Below the pieces are notes generated by a model. The model saw nothing but the letters and a program-made list of their open reading frames with translations. It did no database searches and was not told the DNA's origin. Below, piece by piece: positions 1 through 10,117 of a DNA stretch of 64,000 nucleotides (its first letter is position 1; the number at the start of each line of letters is the position of its first letter). Position numbers and translations under genes: made by a program. The DNA is taken from NCBI GenBank assembly GCA_030704615.1, contig CM060732.1, forward strand, positions 78,802,001 through 78,866,000. Direction: 5' to 3'. This stretch comes from Takakia lepidozioides (Eukaryota > Plantae > Bryophyta).

Positions 1-226
1 TTACTCTCTCCGATTCTGAATCAACCAAATAATTTTGACTCATTATTATTTTGATAATTTGGTTAATTGGAGTTGACTTATTAAACTTAATGTTAATTGA
101 GGCCTGATTGATCACAAACTTAAATTTTTTTTTAGGGCCAATTTCAGAGATTCGAGTTGAGAAGCAATTTATACTTGTCCATTCGACACTAAATTAGTTC
201 CTAAAATATATTAATTATGATGACAT
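1..226 (-). pseudogene. rps13: rps13 pseudogene (5' part; runs off window)
   Basis: Minus strand ATG at 226, then remnants YILGTNLVSN..IA..RI..IGPKK..VCDQ. Stop at codon 4 (ATG TCA TCA TAA), a further TAA and frameshifts. Canonical position after rpl6. Confidence 0.85.
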
Positions 227-229
227 GAT

Positions 230-546
230 TTATTTTTTTTTTTTTCTTGTTTCCCACGTAGAATTCCGTTTCGATATTGTATACCTTTTCCTTTACAAAT
301 TTAAGGAGGTTTACAACTTTTGACGCTGGCAGCAAATTGAGTTACTTTTTGATGATCTATTCCAGTACAACAAATGAGATTAGGCTTGAAGCGAAAAACG
401 CGAACTGAAGGCGTAACTGTAACTTGAAGTCGAATCTCAGGACTAAATCCTAATTTTGAATATGAAATAGAGCCTTGTGGGGTACTACTGGCTTTGTATC
501 CAACTCCAACCAATTATTAAAAAAAAAAAAATAATTTGACTTCCAT
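230..546 (-). pseudogene. rpl6: rpl6 pseudogene
   Basis: MEVKLFFFF**LVGVGYKAS...KLGFS...VKSCKPP*ICKGKGIQYRN. In-frame TAA at 519-517, 516-514 and 303-301, the last where a conserved Glu is expected. Confidence 0.88.
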
Positions 547-564
547 AAACTCGACTTGATTTTT

Positions 565-3156
565 TCTATAAACTCGGCATAGAATCTCAACACCACCCAA
601 ATTGGTTCTTCGTACTTCACGATCACATATCAGAGCCCCCTTTGATGAAGTGGATAAGATTATTATACCAAGCCCTTGCTTTTTCTTGATAGACGAGTTG
701 TTGATGAAGAAATTAGAAACCCTGGTTCGGAGATTGTTTCCATTCTTTTTATTGAACCTATTCCAGAAGAGTGACACTTTAATTCCCAAGCTTCCGTTTG
801 TTTCCTTAGAGAATCCGTGAATATAACCTTCATTGTACAAAATTATACAGAAATCCTAACAGAGACGCGAGACGAAAACACCAGGCGGTGATGCCGACAG
901 GCAGAGAAGACCAAGCGTTTTATTCTCCTGTTTATTTTTTTGGAATAATTAGGCTAGGTGTAGGCCCTTCCCCCCAGGAGAACCATACGTGAAAGCTTTC
1001 CCTTCATACAGCTCAAGTTGATTCTCGGAAGCCTGTCGGGCGTCCGCAGGCGCTTTCGGGGCATTCTTGGTTCATTCGCAAATTCAGTATTACCTTGCGT
1101 GACTTGCTGGTGGCAAGTAGCATGCAAAGGTTAGATGTTAGAAGTATCCCAGCCGCCACCTCTCGACCGAGGTTCGATGTGGTGCAGATCCACCAGTTCC
1201 CCATTTTATAATGACTCTCCATAGACTATACACCGGTAATCACACCTGCGCGGTAGACTTCCTCTTTGTACGGAGATAGAATTATAAGCATTCTGCGCTT
1301 CTAATAATAGCTCTGGTCCTCGCTTAGGAGGTATGGGTCGAACCCTTGTTTCAGGGGTTTGACCATTACGGATTTGACAGTTGTGATGTCGAACAAAAGC
1401 TGCTTGTCTGACGCTCTCCAGTCGTTTTTCCGGTGAGGGGACGGGAAAGTCTATTTTATTAGTAACCACCTCATCGGGCGGGTAGGGAGTTTCTTGTAAG
1501 CCCATCCGAGCATGCTGCACCAGACGTTAGTTCCTTCCCTGCTTGGTTTTATAGTTGCGGCGGATAAAATTCGCACGTAACTGGACCGACCTCTCAGGAT
1601 AAGCTTAAAATCTCGTGCAATTATAGCAATGTGGTTCTTCAACGCCACCAACTCGCGCACCCTGATACGCGCCACACTTTGTGGGCTAGGTAGGATTGTG
1701 ATACGATAACAGTTTACGCTCGGCGAGACGTTGTTGAACCTAGGGCGGCGAAGCCCGTGGTTTCAATATCCTTAATCCTAGAAGACCCTGCTGGATATTT
1801 ATTACCTTGGTTTTGGCCTCTCCGAAGACAAGACCGCGTCCTTTTTGGAATTGCGCGACTGCCGATTCTACCACTTCGGTCAGGAAGGTCGGGTCGGCCC
1901 CAGTGATGACGGAATCGTCTGCATACCTTTTCACGTGACACTTGGACGTTGGCCTGGGAGGGGCTTTCGCGCATTCCAGTACCACCGCCTCAAGACCGTT
2001 GAGGGCGACATTGGCCAGGAGTGGGGGCATCCTGCGGCCTCGCGAAGTGGGCCGATCGATATCGTCTGAACCCATAGGAATGAATGAATGGGGGTGTCTG
2101 ATTGGCATTCCACGATGAGGTCGACTGCCGGAAGATAGAGCGCTGGCATTGCCCCGTCTTTCGTGGTAGGAAAGCCCAGCAGACACTTCTCATCCGTCTC
2201 GGGTTTGGGGCGCGTAGCGCGGCGCACAGGTCAGGCTCGGTCGGTATTAAGAGGCCGAAGGCCGCACATCGCTGTAGAAGCGCCAGAAAACGTAAAGCCA
2301 AAAATAATTTATATTTTTGTTTTTCGAACTGCGCTTCGCGCCTCGGTCTCCTGTCGATTAGTGGTCCGAATCTAACCATCCACACCCGGTGTTCCAGCAC
2401 CGGAATAGTTACCCGTCTCACCGCCGGGGTCTATGCGCTGGGGCTAGTTACTAGTTTGCCTCGGAAATTGTAGACCTGAAAACGCCTACGGACTCCCATA
2501 CCACCACAATTTAAAAAAAGGCAGTTTTTGTTCTTCGGGCGCCGCTTCTACGGTTCAACCCAGTGCTTGAACACGCCGAGTTGCCCTCATATTTGCTTTG
2601 ATCCAATTGTAGTAAATGTCACTTTACCCAAGTAAGCCACCTTTCGACGCAGGTCACGTAACCCTATCCGAGCCTTTACAGCTCGGTCTTCGCTTTTTTG
2701 GGTTCCCTCTACCCACATCTCGTCATATGCCCTTACGGGCGCACCTCCATATGGAGAAATAGGGGTTTACCATGTTGTTCCATTAATAGCACCTAACCTA
2801 TGCCGATTTTTAGGACTGTACTATACCCCGGGGAACTCATGCGGTTTCGACATGCCCAAAATACAAAGGCAAATCCGTTCACAGTTCACAGTCTGTCAAA
2901 CTATCCAGTCGAGCCCGGAGGCTCGTCCTGGTCATCCTTGACGAGCTTTTAGACATCCGCTTACGGTGTCCCCCCTCAACTCAACCTAGCCCCTAGCTTG
3001 GAAGTACGTTGTTCCCAAGGCTTCATACCAAGTCTTTTCAGTAAAGGAAGGCTTGAGTAGGGTCAGGCAGAAACTGTTGCCCGATGGGAACTTTCCCCAT
3101 ATGGCTATTAATGTCTTCATGTCGCACCTAGATAAAAGATTACTTGATGTATGCAG
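565..3156 (-). pseudogene. rps8: rps8 pseudogene split by a group II intron (exon 1 3156-3128, exon 2 947-~565)
   Basis: Exon 1 CTG CAT ACA TCA AGT AAT CTT TTA TCT AG| matches the (M)HTLSNLLSS N-terminus, with ATG lost. Exon 2 contains LYNEGYIHGF and LGIIILSTSSKGALICDRE..NLGG.EILCRVY, with an early stop and frameshifts. Lies between rps14 and rpl6. Confidence 0.85.
948..3127 (-). mobile_element. Group II intron in rps8 after nt 29, with degenerate RT/maturase/HNH ORF
   Basis: 5' GTGCGAC at 3127. D5 GAGCTGTATGAAGGGAAAGCTTTCACGTATGGTTC (~1014-980). 3' end CCTAGCCTAAT at 948. RT fragments PLLANVALNGLE and RYADD (1740-2186); HNH remnant DLHHIEPRSRGG near 1190-1150. Confidence 0.9.
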
Positions 3157-3222
3157 CAAGAAAAACTATTTTTTTTTGCTGCGCCCTCTTGGTACTTGCA
3201 AAGCTAACCTTTATTCTATTGA

Positions 3223-3522
3223 CTACCAACACGATTTGTTTACGCCTATTAAAGAACCTTTAGATGCTAATTCACGAGAAACTATACGAGAAACGCGAAA
3301 TAACTTATATACGGGACGAGGGCGACCTGTGAAAATACATCGGTTTCTTACTCGTGTTTTGGAACCATTTCTTGGCAACTTAGACGACTTTAAAAAATAT
3401 TCATAACGTATCTGATTAGGAAGGTTTTTATGCCGAGGAATGGCTTTACATTGCATTCGCTCCAATTCATATTTAGCCACAAGCAATCTACGTGTGTGAT
3501 CTCGTATAATTTGATTTGACGT
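3223..3522 (-). CDS. rps14: Ribosomal protein S14 (ACG start needs C-to-U editing)
   Basis: (M)SNQIIRDH...RVRNRCIFTGRPR...KSCW; 300 nt; no intron. Confidence 0.95.
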   Translation of the reverse strand, partial: TSNQIIRDHTRRLLVAKYELERMQCKAIPRHKNLPNQIRYEYFLKSSKLPRNGSKTRVRNRCIFTGRPRPVYKLFRVSRIVSRELASKGSLIGVNKSCW

Positions 3523-3526
3523 ATGA

Positions 3527-4087
3527 CTAAACCTCTTTTTGCAAAAAGCCACTCCACGAAATGAAAGTCTCATCTTGTGTGTTGGCTGGAGTAACAATAG
3601 TTACATCGAACCCTCGAATATGCTCAAAAATCTCGAAATGATTTTGTATTTCCGGAAATGATCGTAACAACGACGTCGCCATTGATGATTGAATGGGGTT
3701 TTTTTGTATTTTGACTGGGTAATCGTAAAAAGATATTATCGTAACAAGTTTTTCCGAAAAATTATACATGGTATACCCTCGTAGAGTGCTTCGTGCTAGG
3801 TAAGTGACATATCCTGTGTCTCTCTTTGACTCTCGATTTAGTACAAATTTATTGAATCGAAACGACTTTCCTGTCGAATCTCTACTTCGTGTCTGTATTA
3901 ATTTTTGACCACAAACAATCTCCATAGCTAATTTTACATTTTCTATTAAATCAGAGGGTGCCTTTGGAACTACTATTATTTTACACAATCTAGGAACTTC
4001 CATAATGTTGGCATAATTGAGTTTTAACAACAAATCTTGACGTAATGAATTTTCGTAATGAAAACGGAGTCTATTTGGAGTGAACAT
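3527..4087 (-). CDS. rpl5: Ribosomal protein L5
   Basis: [34 protein letters not shown]...GFDVTIVT; ATG at 4087. Confidence 0.95.
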   Translation of the reverse strand: MFTPNRLRFHYENSLRQDLLLKLNYANIMEVPRLCKIIVVPKAPSDLIENVKLAMEIVCGQKLIQTRSRDSTGKSFRFNKFVLNRESKRDTGYVTYLARSTLRGYTMYNFSEKLVTIISFYDYPVKIQKNPIQSSMATSLLRSFPEIQNHFEIFEHIRGFDVTIVTPANTQDETFISWSGFLQKEV

Positions 4088-4972
4088 AAGTTGGCTGTGT
4101 TTTTTGTATTTTAAGTGAAAACTAATATAAGCACTGTTCACTAGCTGCTTCACGAATAGTGGACTGTTATGCGCTCTGTTTACGTAGTAAACGGAAGAGC
4201 GTAACAGGACGTAGTAGCCAGCTCTTGATTTGCTTCGCGCCCCGAGAAAGCGGAAAAAAATATTTTTTAACTTTATCGCAGCAAATATTTTGAATTTTAG
4301 CCCGGAAGCCTTGGCGCTTCACCTGGGGATCTTCGACCCCAGCGCCATGCGCTCGATTATATTCGTCCCTAAACGGAAAAGCTCAGAAAAGAGATGATTG
4401 ATTCTCTTCTCCGTTTACCCACTTACTTCTCTCCCGACGGGCCGGGCCTGGCAAAGCACATGGGAGCAGGAAAAGCGCTGTGTGGGACAATGAAACCCGT
4501 TGCGCAGTTTCATCTCTCCCACGGTTCACCTGGGAGGTTGCGAACGAAGTGGTCTTGGACCCAAGGCCTTCGGCCTCAACGCTTTTTTTTTCCTTCCACG
4601 CATCTTCTCAGGCTAAAACCACTTCATTCGCATTGCGAATAAATTGTAAGTTGCGCCCTTTTTTCTTCGTTCCGGAGCCAGGAAGGGGCGCAGCGGAAAA
4701 AGCGGCAATAGAATAGATATGGATTTTTTCAGGCTTCTTCTATAAACGGCCCGAAGGGCTATATCCATTGGGGTCAAAGACCCTGAATTATCTATAATAA
4801 TTAATCTCTTACCCACTGTGCGGTTTCAGCACTTCCACCGCCCCGACTGCTTGTTCGTTTTTGGGCTGATAGAGGCCATAAGTCTACAAAGATTTCTGGT
4901 CTTTGCCCACTTTCTTCGTTACGCCCCGCGCCTCTCGGCTCGCCCTCGCCTCGGTTTTTTTCTACTAACCAA

Positions 4973-5380
4973 TTAAAACCACTGAACAAACTTGGTTGAC
5001 AAACATGGTTTATGCGCTGCTAATGTGGCAGCTTGTTGAGCATTTGACAAACTCACACCATCCATTTCAAATGAGATTTGTCCCTCTACCACACGAGCAA
5101 TCCAACCTGTAGAATTTCCTTTTCCTTTTCCCGTTCTAACTTCGGTAGGTTTACTGGTAATAGGAATATCTGCGAAAACTCTTACCCATATTCGACCATT
5201 TCTTCGAAATTTCCTGCTTGTAGCACGACGCGCTGCTTCAATTGCTTGATATGAAATACGACCAGCTTCACAACTTTTCATGCCATATTTTCCGAAACGA
5301 AGTTGTGTACCGTCTGCTTCGCAACCCTTAAATCTGCCTTTTTGATATTTACGAAATCTTGTACGTTTTGGATATAGCAC
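4973..5380 (-). CDS. rpl16: Ribosomal protein L16 (GTG start)
   Basis: (V)LYPKRTRFRKYQKGR...GKGKG; GTG at 5380, as known for plant mitochondrial rpl16. Confidence 0.93.
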   Translation of the reverse strand: MLYPKRTRFRKYQKGRFKGCEADGTQLRFGKYGMKSCEAGRISYQAIEAARRATSRKFRRNGRIWVRVFADIPITSKPTEVRTGKGKGNSTGWIARVVEGQISFEMDGVSLSNAQQAATLAAHKPCLSTKFVQWF

Positions 5381-5400
5381 AACTTGTCCCTTTTTTTGTG

Positions 5401-7032
5401 TTAGAAATATGAAACCCACACTTTGACACCTAAGATTCCATAAGGAGTAGATGCTTGTGCTTTCGCATAATCAATTTGGTCGGAAAATACATGTAAAGAT
5501 GTTTCACCGTACTTTCTGCATTCAGTTTTAGCTATTTCTGCACCATTTAATCGGCCTGAACAACAAATACGGATCCCCTTCACATATTGGCATTTTTCAA
5601 TCTGTTGAAATGTAGATCTACAAATTTGTCGAAATGATTTTTTTTGTTCTGGTTTCCAAGATATTTCTTGAGCAATTGGAGAAGCACTTTGATAAACAGA
5701 AGCTATTTTGACTGGCCTAATTGAGGTATTAGTATTGGTTTGATTAGATAAGAAAGATTGCATTTTTTTCCGATAATAATAACGACTGAACAGGAATTGA
5801 GCTTTCCTACATTCGGCATCCCTTAAAACCAAGGGGGCACCGAAATCCAATATGGACCAGGGTTGACGAATTGACTCCTTGCTTTTTATTATGCAATTAC
5901 TAGGTAATGGCCTGCCTTGCTCTTGATGGGTTGGAAAACGAAGCCTCAAAAGGCTCTGTTTGCGCAACCAGTGGAGGGCATTTTGGTGTGGGAACGTTAG
6001 TGCCCGGGCAGAGCTTGGAAGCGCCATGCGCAGGGCTAAAAGCTCTTCTGCGCTCCGCTTCTTCGTTCCTCCGAAACCACCACTCTTTTCGGAGAAAAGC
6101 CGAACTGAATAAGCCGTTTGGCTGTTCAAGTCGGGTTTATTTCTTCTCGCAAAGCCCACTTCATTCGCTTGACGAATGAAGCGGGTGGAACCCCATAAAG
6201 CTTCGACATAGGAGCCTTGCTCGGTCTTGACCGTATAGGTTAAGCTTTCTCTTCTCGAACAAAAGCTTTTATTCAAGAGAAGAGAACGCATTATTCTCTC
6301 CAAGCTGTCCCCCTGTTTCTCCGCTTCCCCCATCGTAGATGTTTCAGCTACGCTCCGTGCCACCAAATCGGAAACTATTTCAACAATAGGATCAAATTTA
6401 ATTTGGTTCTTTAGATGAAAGAAGTATTGCATGACCAAATGATTCAAGGGAGCACGCACAGCTGCGAAGACGGTCTGTGGAAATACGTCGCTAATTCGAC
6501 GGAAAGGCCCGAAACGAGAGAACGCATAGCTTTCTTCCGACGTTCTTCTGTCATTATTCCCCAAAAGCGCGTCTTTCCAACTTAAGCTTGAAGAAGTAGA
6601 GTGTTTGGAGGCCATCCAACCGCTGACTCGAAGTAATTGATCAATCTCGTGTATTGATGGTAACCGATCGGGGTATCCATAGCGTTTTTTGGGCCAAATT
6701 TTGACCTCGTTTCGCTGTATCTCTGTACCGTCGTCAATACGCCTAATCAACTTGACAGATTGTATTGCCCCAAGGCCTTTATGTCTTGATTGGCTAAGTC
6801 GATCCGGAGAAGATACGTGAACGAATGTCCTTTTAGGGAAATGATGAATAATAAACCTACCGAGACGAAAGCCAAACGTGTTTCCCGTAGGTGGACGTAT
6901 TGAACCAAAATAATCTCTAAAATTTACATCTTGATACAACAATTTTCCGTAGTAATAATCACTAAACCGACTTGAATCTGAACTACGATTCAGATTTAGT
7001 CTGACTGAAATCGGATTTACTTTTTGCGCCAT
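5401..7032 (-). CDS. rps3: Ribosomal protein S3, intronless
   Basis: MAQKVNPISVRLNLNR...GIRICCSGRLNGAEIA...GILGVKVWVSY. Confidence 0.96.
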   Translation of the reverse strand: MAQKVNPISVRLNLNRSSDSSRFSDYYYGKLLYQDVNFRDYFGSIRPPTGNTFGFRLGRFIIHHFPKRTFVHVSSPDRLSQSRHKGLGAIQSVKLIRRIDDGTEIQRNEVKIWPKKRYGYPDRLPSIHEIDQLLRVSGWMASKHSTSSSLSWKDALLGNNDRRTSEESYAFSRFGPFRRISDVFPQTVFAAVRAPLNHLVMQYFFHLKNQIKFDPIVEIVSDLVARSVAETSTMGEAEKQGDSLERIMRSLLLNKSFCSRRESLTYTVKTEQGSYVEALWGSTRFIRQANEVGFARRNKPDLNSQTAYSVRLFSEKSGGFGGTKKRSAEELLALRMALPSSARALTFPHQNALHWLRKQSLLRLRFPTHQEQGRPLPSNCIIKSKESIRQPWSILDFGAPLVLRDAECRKAQFLFSRYYYRKKMQSFLSNQTNTNTSIRPVKIASVYQSASPIAQEISWKPEQKKSFRQICRSTFQQIEKCQYVKGIRICCSGRLNGAEIAKTECRKYGETSLHVFSDQIDYAKAQASTPYGILGVKVWVSYF

Positions 7033-7035
7033 AGT

Positions 7036-7320
7036 TTACTGTCGTACCTTCTTTTTTGGTTTGATTTTGGTTCTCGAGGGCGAGGCTCTCTTCCCAGAGG
7101 AAGAGGGTTTCCGTGTAGAAGCAAACTCTCCAAATTTATGACCAACCATTTCTTCAGTAATCTTTGAACCAACAAAACCTTTTCCGTTACAAATTTGTGC
7201 ATAGCAACCAACAAATTGAGGCAAAATACAAGATCTACGTGACCGAATTATCCACCTGATCTTTTTTCGCTTGAACAAGCAAGCATCCACAAAAGGGCCT
7301 TTCCATACAGATCGTGTCGT
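7036..7320 (-). CDS. rps19: Ribosomal protein S19 (ACG start)
   Basis: (M)[12 protein letters not shown]...[12 protein letters not shown]. Forms the 3' part of ORF-track ORF 7036-8679. The stop may be the edited CAG at 7041-7039 rather than TAA at 7036. Confidence 0.93.
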   Translation of the reverse strand, partial: TTRSVWKGPFVDACLFKRKKIRWIIRSRRSCILPQFVGCYAQICNGKGFVGSKITEEMVGHKFGEFASTRKPSSSGKRASPSRTKIKPKKKVRQ

Positions 7321-7323
7321 AAA

Positions 7324-8805
7324 CTGATTTATGCGTTTTCTTACTACTGTTTTAAATCCACCTTTGGCGGGCTTTCCCCAAGGCGATACCGAAGGTCTAC
7401 CTCCTTTCGTGCGTCCTTCACCTCCTCCATGAGGATGATCAACCGGATTCATAGCAACACCCCGAACGATGGGGCGTCTGCCTAACCACCGGCTTTGTCC
7501 CGCTTTGTCAAGCTTACGCTTACCATGATGAAGATTGGACACTATACCGATGGTAGCTCGGCATCGGGAATCTATGAGTTTGTCAACACCCGAAGGTAAC
7601 CGCACGATACATTGTGGTGTATTCTCAAATTTTTTAATTATTTGAGCAAAGGTTCCTGCAGCTCGAATCAACTTTGCGCCTTGACCTGGATTCCATTCAA
7701 TATTATGTACCCACGTGCCTATAGGTATATTAGCCAATGATATGCAATTTCCTACCATTTGATAATATGAATCAAGTCTGTATTTATTCTCACTAGAAGC
7801 GTAGTCTCCACCGGGGCGTCGCCAAGAGGCGGCCTGGCTACTCCACACGGGCTCTTCCACCCCAAGGGAGCACCTTTGGCCTTCATTCGCTGTGCGAACA
7901 AAGTGGTCCTGGAACCGAAGGTCTTTATGGGCTATCGAATTATGGGAAGATTGATGGTGGTTGAACGAGGTCGAAGGTTTAGACCAATCACAATTCATCA
8001 CCGTCTTGCCAGCTTCCAATTGATCACTAGCTGATATATGAGTGAAAGGTGCACGATCTACTTTGCCCGCTTCAACCTTCGGTCTCTCTTCGCTATGCTC
8101 AGGTTCGAAAAAAACAAATAGATTTTTATTTCTATGCGCAGCAAAAGAATCGGTTCTCTTTTTGAGCCAAGAAAGCGCTTTGCGTTCGATTCTCTGCGCC
8201 CATAGAACGCTATGCGTTCTCCACCTTCGGCCTTCGCTTCGAGAGAACGTATTCTCTTCTCTGAAGTCTTTCATTCGCGAAGCAAAGAAAGCGGGCTTTG
8301 CCCCAGCTACAGCTATCCTGGGTAAACCAAGAAAGCTACCGAAAGGGCCTAAAGTTGCAGCCTCTCCCTTTGCCTTTGTTGGAGAAGAAAGGGCAGAGAA
8401 GAAAACGTATTTTCTTCTCTGAGCTTTCCTGGGCAGAGAAGAAAACGAAAATAAGGGGCCGGAAAAAAAAAGATTTTTTTCTCTTCGACCAATAAAACGC
8501 CAAGCGTTTTCTTCTCTTCGACTATTCGCTTTAGAAAGTGCAAAGCGCTTTTCAGGGCGTAGCACCCCTTCGATCCATCGTACTAAAGCAATCCAAGAAG
8601 AACGATTCGGGTCATATTCGATTCTTTCTACAACGCCCATAGACGAAGTGCTTCGTTGAAAATCAATTCTTCGATGCAATCGCTTCGATCCACCTCCTCG
8701 GTGAAAAACGGTAATACGCCCTGATGAATTTCTCCCAGCAGACCTCCTCTTTGAACCAAAAGTTAATTGTTTTAGTGCTTTTCCCTTCCAGCAACTATTT
8801 ATCGT
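7324..8805 (-). CDS. rpl2: Ribosomal protein L2 (ACG start, CAG stop, both created by editing)
   Basis: (M)[31 protein letters not shown]...[17 protein letters not shown]; 1482 nt; intronless. Confidence 0.93.
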
Positions 8806-9402
8806 GGTGTATTTGCCTTTTTTATTTCATTTGAAGTATCAATGACATCGAAAAACTGAATGTACCGTAGGTACACTTCTTCGATTGTCAGCGTCATCAA
8901 TCATCTACGATGATTGATCGCTTCGCGCCTAGCCGTAAGATGTATCACGTAAGATGATGATGCTATTCATAAAGGGGCCTTCGGCCCGTGGTTGGCTCTA
9001 CGGGCAACCGCAGTGGGAATAAAGTCTTCCCTGCCAATCAACTGCGTAGGTGCTATGATCTCGTACGGAAGCTAAGCACACCAAGTGTGCATCACGTTTG
9101 TTTATGTGGACACTATAAGGATCCGGGGTTAGTTTTGTTGGAAGCTGGCCCATAAACCGAACAAGAGCAAATTTAAACATGGCGCGAGCATAAATATTTA
9201 TTTCTGATCCGCGCATGTTACGCAATACAACATCGTAGATTTGGTAGCCCTTCGGCCTCGATTCAATTATATGTAGTGCTACGCCCTTGAAAAAAGCGGA
9301 CACTTTGTGATTCTGTACTTTTATAAATAAATAAGGACTTCCCGGACTTCGAAGCAATTTGACTAGGGTTTGCCGACTTTATTCACTTTATTCAAACGGG
9401 TT

Positions 9403-9687
9403 TTATAATTTAGAATAAGATGGAATTTTAGATTGAACTCCGAGTAGATCCTGGAGTTTTAACCAATGTGACTTTTCGCGCAATTTAGGCGTTTTCGTTT
9501 CTATGACCAGCCATTTTTTATGCATTCTCATTTCAGATCGTTCTTCGGACTTCTTATCAATATGAGGTGATCGTAACACTGTATATAAGATCTGTTTCTC
9601 AGGCGATCCAATCTCGCGTGTGTCGAGCAGATGCCCTGGCCTTTGATTCTCAGAAGATTTAATAACGATGTCTGTTTCGGCAGTCGT
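9403..9687 (-). CDS. rps10: Ribosomal protein S10, open 94-codon frame (ACG start); possibly a young pseudogene
   Basis: Manual translation: (M)TAETDIVIKSSENQRPGHLLDTREIGSPEKQILYTVLRSPHIDKKSEERSEMRMHKK...LKLQDLLGVQ. Contains the S10 signature TVLRSPHIDKKS. Absent from the ORF track. Confidence 0.85.
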   Translation of the reverse strand, partial: TTAETDIVIKSSENQRPGHLLDTREIGSPEKQILYTVLRSPHIDKKSEERSEMRMHKKWLVIETKTPKLREKSHWLKLQDLLGVQSKIPSYSKL

Positions 9688-10117
9688 TCCACAATTAGTG
9701 CTTTTTCTAGGCCATTACGTAGTAATGGCATAATCCTGATGGTTTTATGGGCCGCGGGCGCTTTCATCGTTCCACCCCGCCCCATCATTCGCTATGCCGG
9801 GGGTAAAGCAGGGAAGATAATTCCAAAATATATATATATATATTTTTTTTTTTGCTGCGCCCTGCGACCTTCGCAAGCTTCTTCTCTCTGTCTCCAGAGG
9901 AGAGCTGCGCCCCTTGTTCGTTTTGCGAACAAAGTGCGTAGCTCTGGAGAGGAAAAGCGTAAATTGCGCGCATCCCGTAGCAATTCACCACCATGTATAT
10001 ACCTCTCCGCAAGCTACGTTGATGAATCATCATAGATGATTCATCGACGTTCCGAGTTTCGCGGGAAAGCTATTTTTTGACTCGATAAAGCTATGGTCCT
10101 ACCTGTGCATAGTCCTA

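Noticed and set aside
301-519. Reverse U-to-C editing rescuing rpl6 or rps13 stops (hornwort/fern-like)
   Set aside because: The stops are not at conserved Gln/Arg codons, rps13 also has frameshifts, and no intact gene in the window needs U-to-C.
7036-8679. ORF-track 547-aa protein as a single gene
   Set aside because: It is rpl2 (true start ACG 8805) plus rps19, separated by an editable CAG/ACG pair.
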